DNA from: Candidatus Zambryskiibacteriota bacterium
Lineage (GTDB): Bacteria > Patescibacteriota > Minisyncoccia > Phycocordibacterales > Zambryskibacteraceae
NCBI GenBank assembly: GCA_016177225.1
Contig: JACOVQ010000009.1
Coordinates: 1 to 54,854 of the forward strand
Length of the DNA stretch: 54,854 nt
Direction of reading: 5' to 3'
Every line of letters begins with the position of its first letter. The stretch's first letter is position 1. The notes under the pieces were generated by a model that had not been told where the DNA came from, made no database searches, and saw nothing but the letters and a program-made list of their open reading frames with translations. A program made the translations under genes and the position numbers. Positions 9,082 through 15,910 of this stretch are shown here, one piece after another.

Positions 9082-9270
9082 AGAGTAATAGTAAACAGTA
9101 GACAAAAAATAGTAAATAGACAAACCTTTTGTCTAAGCACCCATACGATTTAATGCTCCTATCGGCCAACTAAATCGTAATACGTTATAAATATGCGGTC
9201 GCATAAAAGTAACGTATTCATTTTATAAATCTTGACTAATTACTAACTGCTAGCTACTATCTAGCAACTC

Positions 9271-9534
9271 ATGGCAATAACACGTTCGGCTAAAAAGGCC
9301 CACCGAACCTCGCTCCGCAAGCGAGTATTTAATGCTAGGCGCAAGGACAATGTTTCCAAGACTATCAAATCTCTCAAAAAATTAATTGTGGCCGGTAAGA
9401 AAAAAGAGGCTCAAGAGGCGATGCGCCAAGTGCAGAAAGCTCTCGATAAAGCTGTTAAAGGAAAAACTATGAAGAAAAACACTGCTTCCCGCAAAAAATC
9501 CCGCCTTTCAAAATTAATTAGGAAACTCTCTTAA
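9271..9534 (+). CDS. rpsT: 30S ribosomal protein S20
   Basis: MAITRSAKKA.R..N, LDKA.KG...KNTASRKKSRL. Confidence 0.95.
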   Translation: MAITRSAKKAHRTSLRKRVFNARRKDNVSKTIKSLKKLIVAGKKKEAQEAMRQVQKALDKAVKGKTMKKNTASRKKSRLSKLIRKLS

Positions 9535-9717
9535 TTTGACGTAAGGGTAGATTCTGGTATTTTATAGTTGGGATAATAGAAAAGGGAAAGAAATTTTTCG
9601 AGAAGATGACATAGATTATCTTTTCGGAGTGGTATTCTTCTAGATGGCAACAAGGCCGGCGCGATACACGCCGGCCGACTTTATTAAGTTAATAAAAAAA
9701 TGTAAGCTGTCTCTTAC

Positions 9718-9792
9718 GCTCCCGTCGTTCAACGGATAGGACGCGACCTTGCGGAGGTTGTAATGTCAGTTCGATTCTGGCCGGGAGCACCA
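9718..9792 (+). tRNA. tRNA-Arg(GCG)
   Basis: GCTCCCG acceptor stem, anticodon arm CGACC-TTGCGGA-GGTTG, GTTCGATT T-loop and ACCA end. Confidence 0.92.
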
Positions 9793-9819
9793 GATTTAAT
9801 CATATTATTTGATAAAGTT

Positions 9820-10347
9820 ATGCAATCATTATTCCTCTTTCTTTTGTTTATATTCACAACACTGAGTCATGCTTGTTTTTTGATTTTTGCCCACCGTCAC
9901 CCACAAATGTCCGAGCAAACACGAAGAAAATTTTGGCTAGCGCACCTTTGGGGGAATGGAATTGTATGGGCTGTACTTTTCGTGTGGATGATAGTCATGC
10001 AATTCACTTTCCCGCACACACTTGTAGTTTCAAATTTCGCAAAATTGACAGGATTTATTTTTTTCATTGTTGGAGTTAGTATAGTTATTAAAATTGCCTT
10101 GGTACTTAACTTTGAACATCTAATGGGTTTGCGATTTTTCTACCCAGCTAAAGCGAAACGGGTATATTCTTCTTTGTATCACGTCTTTCGGAATCCAATG
10201 TACGATGGTTTCGTGCTCATGTTAATTGGTGTTGCATTATTTTTAGGAATAAAGGAGGATTTATATCTCGCTTTAGCTTCGTTTCTACTTCTCAACATTG
10301 TTTTAGCAACAGTAGAAAATTATGAGTTCAGTTGGAATCCTTTTTAA
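9820..10347 (+). CDS. PEMT/ICMT-like membrane methyltransferase
   Basis: Multiple TM segments and an LYHVFRNPMY.G motif. Start moved out of the tRNA to ATG 9820. Confidence 0.7.
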   Translation: MQSLFLFLLFIFTTLSHACFLIFAHRHPQMSEQTRRKFWLAHLWGNGIVWAVLFVWMIVMQFTFPHTLVVSNFAKLTGFIFFIVGVSIVIKIALVLNFEHLMGLRFFYPAKAKRVYSSLYHVFRNPMYDGFVLMLIGVALFLGIKEDLYLALASFLLLNIVLATVENYEFSWNPF

Positions 10348-10377
10348 AAGAGTATGCCGCCGAAGAAAAACTTGAAA

Positions 10378-10405
10378 CCCGCCTGAACGAATTCATTTGG
10401 GCAGG
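10378..10405. repeat. Short palindromic element CCCGCCTG...GGGCAGG
   Basis: Same termini as the nested elements at 5938-6019. Confidence 0.6.
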
Positions 10406-10424
10406 TTGTTAGCGGAGGTATATT

Positions 10425-10498
10425 AAAAGCGTGAAAATATAGGAAAAAAGATATTTCTTCACGATTATGGTTGACAAAAGCGTGAAAAGGACTATACT
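10425..10498 (+). promoter_or_regulatory. Sigma70 promoter of the Fic gene with a repeated 13-bp operator-like motif
   Basis: TTGACA 10471-10476, 16-nt spacer, TATACT 10493-10498. AAAAGCGTGAAAA occurs at 10425-10437 and 10476-10488. Confidence 0.65.
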
Positions 10499-10504
10499 TA
10501 CCTA

Positions 10505-11380
10505 ATGGCAAAAACATCTGTAGCATTTAATAAAATCAACATCCTCCGGGAAAGATACTACAAAGCATCGATAGGGAAAGATGCGCTTATTAAGCTTATA
10601 AGCGAGGCGGAAATTGCCGATCAGGTATACAACTCGAATGCTATAGAGAACAGCACACTTTCTCTTGAAGAAACAGAGAAAATACTCCTCCAGATCGATC
10701 TTGACCGATACATTTCTGAACGAGAAATATTTGAAGCAAAAAATCTTGCTCGAGTCGTGTCCTATATCGATAAAAGAGCTAAAGAGCAAGAGCTCGGCTT
10801 TGATGTCGTCTTGTCACTCCACAAGATGCTTATGTCGAACATTCGGGACGAAATTGCCGGGAGATTTCGTAGGGATGGTGAGTATGTTCATGTCGGAAGT
10901 CATATCGCTCCCGCGCCAAAAGAAATAAACGGGAGTTTTGAAAAAATGCTTTCGGAATACAACGCTACGAGTCATGAAAATATCATCAAGCGCATCGCAC
11001 GGCTTCATCTCGCTTTTGAATACCTCCACCCATTTAATGATGGTAACGGCCGCATTGGACGCGTGATCAATAACTACCTACTCATACGAGAAGGGTTTGT
11101 GCCGATAAACATCAAGTTCATAGATAGAAAGAAATACTACGACGCTTTCAAAGAGTTTGGTTCTATGGGTGCAACCAGAATTATGGAAGAGATTGTAGGT
11201 AAGGCACTTACCAATAGTTATCACAAACGCTTGGCATATTTGGAGGGCAAGAAGATTGTCATGCTTTCCGACTATGCAAAGAGCAACAAAATTTCTCATT
11301 CAAATCTTATCAACAAGGCCAACCGTCAAACCATCGAGGCCTTCTTGGAAAAAGGTGTCTGGAAGATTGGCACAAATTAG
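10505..11380 (+). CDS. Fic-domain protein (AMPylase, class II type with N-terminal inhibitory motif)
   Basis: Canonical HPFNDGNGRIGR; SNAIEN matches the (S/T)xxxE(G/N) inhibitory motif; possible C-terminal DNA-binding extension. Confidence 0.9.
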   Translation: MAKTSVAFNKINILRERYYKASIGKDALIKLISEAEIADQVYNSNAIENSTLSLEETEKILLQIDLDRYISEREIFEAKNLARVVSYIDKRAKEQELGFDVVLSLHKMLMSNIRDEIAGRFRRDGEYVHVGSHIAPAPKEINGSFEKMLSEYNATSHENIIKRIARLHLAFEYLHPFNDGNGRIGRVINNYLLIREGFVPINIKFIDRKKYYDAFKEFGSMGATRIMEEIVGKALTNSYHKRLAYLEGKKIVMLSDYAKSNKISHSNLINKANRQTIEAFLEKGVWKIGTN

Positions 11381-11850
11381 AATCCGAAATATTCAAGCAT
11401 CCTTTCCACAAACGGCAAAGCATGAAACTCTTCTTTCAGAAATTGCGAGAGCTTATCGTGCAGAGAATCAAAATCAACGTCGTCATTGAGAGGAATGATT
11501 ATAAGAGGCATGAGAAGTTTTTCTGAGCGCAAAATAATTTTTTTATGAGGGTGCTCCGTATCTATCCAAAAAGATTTTAGAGTGGAGTAGAGATAGCGAA
11601 TCCGGTCTCTCACTACGCCCGATTCGTCTACGACTATGTGCAAAGTATCAGGCTCGCGATTAATAAAGAGAGCTAACGAGAAAGCGCTCACCAAAATCAA
11701 GATGGCAAAAATAGTATTGCCAAAAATCACGGAGACAGTAGCTACTGCTATGGTAATGATACCTACGGACCAATACCAGTCGGTACTTCTTTCTTTGTGC
11801 TCATATTCATGAGCATCCCATTCCATTTTGAATTTAGAAGGTCTTGCCAT
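11377..11850 (-). CDS. Hypothetical membrane protein (2 TM plus soluble C-terminal domain)
   Basis: 157-aa ORF with W.A.EYEH.ERS.DWYW followed by two hydrophobic helices. Confidence 0.7.
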   Translation of the reverse strand: MARPSKFKMEWDAHEYEHKERSTDWYWSVGIITIAVATVSVIFGNTIFAILILVSAFSLALFINREPDTLHIVVDESGVVRDRIRYLYSTLKSFWIDTEHPHKKIILRSEKLLMPLIIIPLNDDVDFDSLHDKLSQFLKEEFHALPFVERMLEYFGF

Positions 11851-11897
11851 ACAAAAATTGTATCACAATAGTTTTTGATTTATTATGCTCAAGTGAG

Positions 11898-11985
11898 GGA
11901 GGGGTGGCAGAGTGGTCTATCGCACTTGTCTTGAAAACAAGAGTGCCGCAAGGCACCGTGAGTCCGAATCTCACCCCCTCCGCCA
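11898..11985 (+). tRNA. tRNA-Ser(TGA)
   Basis: GGAGGGG/CCCCTCC acceptor stem, CTTGT-CTTGAAA-ACAAG anticodon arm, long variable arm and GCCA end. Confidence 0.95.
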
Positions 11986-12359
11986 TGAAACTAATGGCGA
12001 TAGATTACGGTGCAAAGCGCGTTGGTGTTGCCTCTACTGATGAAAGCGGACTTTTCGCCATACCGCGCATGGTTCTGGAAAATAATGACCAACTGCTCGA
12101 AAAAGTCATTAAATTCAAAGAAGAACACCATATTGAGAAAATTGTTATCGGCGAATCCAGAAATTTTGAAGGCGATTACAACATCATACAGGAAGAAATA
12201 GATAGATTTAGCAATGAATTGGAAAAGTTTGGAGTAGAAGTCATATCTCATCCTGAAATTTTGACTACCAAAGAAGCCAGAGAACTCCAAGGCAACACCG
12301 CTATGACGGACGCTTCCGCCGCCGCACTGATTTTAAAAAGTTACATAGACAGCAATTGA
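11985..12359 (+). CDS. yqgF: YqgF/RuvX family RNase H-fold nuclease
   Basis: MAIDYGAKRVGVA.TD, IVIG, E.LTTKEA and DASAAALILKSY. Confidence 0.9.
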   Translation: MKLMAIDYGAKRVGVASTDESGLFAIPRMVLENNDQLLEKVIKFKEEHHIEKIVIGESRNFEGDYNIIQEEIDRFSNELEKFGVEVISHPEILTTKEARELQGNTAMTDASAAALILKSYIDSN

Positions 12360-12379
12360 CCCATCGATTTAAAAACATT

Positions 12380-12454
12380 TGGTGTCCCCGGCAGGAATCG
12401 GACCTGCATCAAGTCCTTAGAAGAGACCTACTTTATCCATTAAGCTACGGGGAC
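12380..12454 (-). tRNA. tRNA-Arg(TCT)
   Basis: GTCCCCG/CGGGGAC acceptor stem, GGTCT-CTTCTAA-GGACT anticodon arm and ACCA end. Confidence 0.93.
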
Positions 12455-12471
12455 GTAGTAAAACGATATTA

Positions 12472-13635
12472 TCATTTTCTCTTATCTCTCGCTATTTTCT
12501 TGATTGCGTTCGCGACTGCGAGAACCACTTTTTTATCAAACGGGTCGGGGATGATTCTATTTGCGGTCGGTTTTTTCACCACACTAGCCAATGCTTCGGC
12601 GGCGGCAATTTTCATCTTGTCCGTAATTTGCGATACCCGGGATTCAATCGCTCCTTTGAAGATTCCGGGATAAGCAAGCACATTATTTATTTGGTTTGGG
12701 TAATCGGAACGTCCGGAACCGACAACGGCCGCGCCTCCGCGTTTAGCTTCGTCAGGCATGATTTCTGGAACAGGATTTGCCATGGCTATGACAATAGATT
12801 TATTAGCCATAGTTTTGATGTCTGAAGCCTGAAGCAAACGGGCTTTAGAAACCCCAATAAATACATCTGCGTCTATAAGCACGTCGCGAAGCGTACCTGA
12901 AGTATTCTTTTTGTTTGTTATTCTTAAAATTTCTTTCTTAATATTGTTCAAATCTTTCCTACCTTTACTTACGATACCATTGCTATCGCAGAGAATAATA
13001 TTTTTAACACCGTATTTATGCAAAAGTTTTGCAGTGGCGATACCAGCCGCGCCGGCGCCATTTATCACGACTCTTACCTTTTCTTTTTTCTTTCTCACGA
13101 TTTTCAACGCGTTAATCAGTCCGGCGAGTACCACCACCGCAGTGCCGTGCTGGTCGTCGTGCATTACTGGGATATTTAATTCTTTCTTCAATCTTTCTTC
13201 AATTTCAAAACATCGCGGGGCAGAAATATCTTCGAGGTTTATGCCGCCGAAAGTTGGCGCAATCGCTTTGGCCACAGTAATTATTGTTTCCGGGTCTTGA
13301 GTAGAAAGTACGACAGGGAAGCCATCGAGTCCGGCAAAACGCTTAAAGAGCGCGGCTTTGCCTTCCATGATAGGAAGCGCGGCTTCCGGGCCGATATTAC
13401 CAAGGCCGAGCACTGCGGAGCCATCGGAAATTATCGCCACCCCATTTTTGGTGGAAGTGAGGTCATATGCGAGCTTTTTATTTTTTAAAATTTCTAAGGC
13501 TGGTCCTGCCACTCCCGGAGTGTATGCAATAGATAAGTCGTGGCGATTATTGACCGGAAGTTTGCTCTCAACCGAGAGTTTGCCCCGAGCTTTTTTGTGC
13601 GCCGCCATGCTTAATTTTTGATAATCTGTTTTCAT
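12472..13635 (-). CDS. NAD(P)-dependent malic enzyme
   Basis: AYTPGVA, DGSAVLGLGNIG, EGKA.LFK, NLEDISAP, HDDQHGTA, GAGAAG and NQINNVL. The true start is ATG 13635; the ORF-track extension lies in the element arm. Confidence 0.95.
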   Translation of the reverse strand: MKTDYQKLSMAAHKKARGKLSVESKLPVNNRHDLSIAYTPGVAGPALEILKNKKLAYDLTSTKNGVAIISDGSAVLGLGNIGPEAALPIMEGKAALFKRFAGLDGFPVVLSTQDPETIITVAKAIAPTFGGINLEDISAPRCFEIEERLKKELNIPVMHDDQHGTAVVVLAGLINALKIVRKKKEKVRVVINGAGAAGIATAKLLHKYGVKNIILCDSNGIVSKGRKDLNNIKKEILRITNKKNTSGTLRDVLIDADVFIGVSKARLLQASDIKTMANKSIVIAMANPVPEIMPDEAKRGGAAVVGSGRSDYPNQINNVLAYPGIFKGAIESRVSQITDKMKIAAAEALASVVKKPTANRIIPDPFDKKVVLAVANAIKKIARDKRK

Positions 13636-13638
13636 ACT

Positions 13639-13776
13639 GTGCGTTTGTTTGACCAAATCCGAACCTATTTTGAACGGAACTAACCGCCTCGCTACGCTCG
13701 GGTGCGGCGGAATTCCCTCCACACCCCCCTTCCGCCGCACCCTCGCTTTGGGATTGCGGCAAAAATGCGTTCGCCA
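13639..13776 (+). repeat. Left arm of the element; inverted repeat of 15611-15760
   Basis: 138 bp, reverse complement of 15611-15760 apart from 1 substitution and a 12-bp indel. Encodes VRLFDQIRTYFERN* followed by GC-rich hairpins. Confidence 0.92.
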
Positions 13777-13795
13777 ATGTATTTTAACAAATAAG

Positions 13796-15322
13796 CTACT
13801 CCCACTCCATTGTCGCAGGTGGCTTATTTGTTATATCGTAAACAACGCGATTTACTTCCCGAATTTCATTTGTAATTCGCGTTGATATTTTTTCAAGAAT
13901 GGAGAACGGAATTTTGGAAAAGTTTGCCGTCATCGCGTCGCGCGATTCCACAATCCGCACAACCACCGGATATTTATAACTTCGCTCGTCGCCTTGAATA
14001 CCGACGCTTTTAACTGAAAGTAAGACGGCAAAACTCATCCAAATATTTTTCCAAAATTCCGTTTCCCTTAATTCTTCCTCAATAATTTTTCCGGCTTGCC
14101 GAACGATTTTTACGCGCTCCGGGGTTATCTCTCCTATTATTCGTACTGCTAAGCCTGGGCCAGGGAATACCTGCCGTACGGTTATTTCTTTCGGCAAGCC
14201 GAGTTCAAGGGCAAGTTTTCTCACTTCGTCTTTGTATAAATCTTTGAGCGGCTCATACAATTTCATCTTCAAATTTTTGGGTAATCCGCCAACATTGTGA
14301 TGCGATTTTATTTTTGAGGAATGTTTGGTTAAGCCGCTCTCTATTCTATCCGAGTAAATTGTGCCTTGAATGAGAAAACTTGCCCGTTCCTTTTTGGAAA
14401 TCTCATAAAAAATATCGGCAAAAAGTTTCCCTATGATTTTCCGTTTTTGCTCTGGCGAGCTTATTCCTTTTAGCGCGTTGAAAAATCGCCCTTCAGCTTT
14501 GACGATTTTTAAATTAAGATTTTTTCGCCGAAAAGTTTTTTTTATGAATTTTGTTTCGCTATCACGCATTAATCCTGTATCAACATAAACGGCAATTAAC
14601 TTTTTGCCGATTGCTCTTCCGACTAAAGCGGCGGCAACGGAAGAATCAACGCCGCCAGAAAGACCGATAATCATTTTATCATTGCCGATAACCTTTCGCG
14701 TTTCGCGGATTAAATTTTGAGCAACCAAAGTTGATGTCCATGATTTTTTGCATTTGCAAATATCAATAACAAAATTTTTGAGTATCCTATCGCCGTTTTC
14801 TGTATGGCTAACTTCGGGGTGAAATTGAACACCAAAGATTTTCTGTTTCTTATTTGCAAATGCGGCAATTTTAGAGTGTTCAGTACTGGCCACACATACA
14901 GATGATTTCGGAAGTTTTACGACAATATCCCGATGATTCATCCAAACATTTTTTGATTTCCCGAAACGCGCCAAAATTTCTGTTCCATTTTTAATGTTCA
15001 GGTTCATCAGCCCATATTCGCCAGATTTTCCAGAAAGAACCTTACCGCCCATCAAATGCGCGATTAGTTGATGCCCGTAACAAATACCTAAAATTGGTAT
15101 AGATGATTTCAAAATCTCTTTATCAAATTTTGGCGCGTCTTTTTCATAGACGGAGCGTGCGCCACCCGATAGGATGATGCCTTTTATAGATTTATCAGCG
15201 AGCAGTAATTTTTCGGAAATATTGGAAGGTATCACTTCGGCGCGCACGCCAAAATCTCTGACTCTTCGGGAAATCAAATGACAATATTGGCCGCCAAAAT
15301 CTAAAATTACGATTTTATCCAT
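13796..15322 (-). CDS. guaA: GMP synthase (glutamine-hydrolysing)
   Basis: ILDFGGQY, PILGICYGHQ, VQFHPEV, LSGGVDS, IKSHHNVGGLP, FPGPGLAVR and KPPATMEWE. Confidence 0.97.
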   Translation of the reverse strand: MDKIVILDFGGQYCHLISRRVRDFGVRAEVIPSNISEKLLLADKSIKGIILSGGARSVYEKDAPKFDKEILKSSIPILGICYGHQLIAHLMGGKVLSGKSGEYGLMNLNIKNGTEILARFGKSKNVWMNHRDIVVKLPKSSVCVASTEHSKIAAFANKKQKIFGVQFHPEVSHTENGDRILKNFVIDICKCKKSWTSTLVAQNLIRETRKVIGNDKMIIGLSGGVDSSVAAALVGRAIGKKLIAVYVDTGLMRDSETKFIKKTFRRKNLNLKIVKAEGRFFNALKGISSPEQKRKIIGKLFADIFYEISKKERASFLIQGTIYSDRIESGLTKHSSKIKSHHNVGGLPKNLKMKLYEPLKDLYKDEVRKLALELGLPKEITVRQVFPGPGLAVRIIGEITPERVKIVRQAGKIIEEELRETEFWKNIWMSFAVLLSVKSVGIQGDERSYKYPVVVRIVESRDAMTANFSKIPFSILEKISTRITNEIREVNRVVYDITNKPPATMEWE

Positions 15323-15324
15323 AG

Positions 15325-15534
15325 CTAATCTTTAATAAGTTTCTCCATAGGCACTTCAAGGGCTTTCGCAATCCTTTGGATGACTTTTAGCGAGGGGTTG
15401 CGAATACCACGCTCTATGCCGCTAACGTATGAACGGTGAACATCGAGACGCTTTGCTATATCGCCCTGCGAAAGCCCTTGTTTTAAGCGTATTGCTCTTG
15501 CCCGCTTTCCAAATTGTTTTGAAATGTTGTCCAT
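15325..15534 (-). CDS. XRE-family HTH regulator (controller-protein-like)
   Basis: FGKRARAIR...LSQ..IA..L.VHRSYVSGIERG.RNPSL; GAGG RBS before ATG 15534; ends 2 nt before the guaA start. Confidence 0.9.
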   Translation of the reverse strand: MDNISKQFGKRARAIRLKQGLSQGDIAKRLDVHRSYVSGIERGIRNPSLKVIQRIAKALEVPMEKLIKD

Positions 15535-15568
15535 AACCTCTTGCAATCATTGTAGCGTCTGTCGTAAA

Positions 15569-15595
15569 ATAGGTCTATGGAGAAACATAGGTCTA
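15569..15595. promoter_or_regulatory. Direct repeat ATAGGTCTA x2 upstream of the XRE gene (possible operator)
   Basis: Copies at 15569-15577 and 15587-15595. Confidence 0.45.
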
Positions 15596-15610
15596 CATTC
15601 TTTAATTGGA

Positions 15611-15871
15611 TGGCGAACGCATTTTTGCCGCAATCCCAAAGCGAGGGTGCGGCGGAAGGGGGGTGTGGGGGGAATTCCGCCGCACCCGAGCGTTCCGCCG
15701 AGCGTAGCGAGGCGGTTAGTTCCGTTCAAAATAGGTTCGGATTTGGTCAAACAAACGCACCAGAATTAAACTTTCAGGAATTTTGCCGATTGATTCGGCC
15801 GCACGAAGCGCGGAAAGGTATGGAAACACTGGCTCGCCGCGCACGGCGCGGCTCGCCAAGCGCAGGTTCGA
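15611..15871 (-). repeat. Internal inverted copy of the joined element ends (complete attP-like junction)
   Basis: 261 bp. 15611-15760 mirrors 13639-13776 and 15756-15871 mirrors 17309-17424; the two parts overlap at the CGCAC core. Confidence 0.92.
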
Positions 15872-15910
15872 AATCCCTTGCGATTTTAAGTATTTGCTTT
15901 GCCCAATCCT

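Noticed and set aside
9763-9819. ORF-track starts that run through tRNA genes (9763, 11844, 17496, 19993)
   Set aside because: The extensions overlap tRNAs; downstream ATGs (9820, 11985, 17625, 19933) match the family N-termini.
12380-13638. Malic enzyme and tRNA-Arg(TCT) as part of the island
   Set aside because: The left junction maps to 13639, so both lie outside the element.
13636-13740. 35-aa N-terminal extension of the malic enzyme in the ORF track
   Set aside because: It is read from the element's left arm; family similarity starts at MKTDY (ATG 13635).
13796-13830. guaA 3' end as the integration site
   Set aside because: No duplication of the guaA end was seen; the core repeat and empty-site reconstruction point to tRNA-Val.
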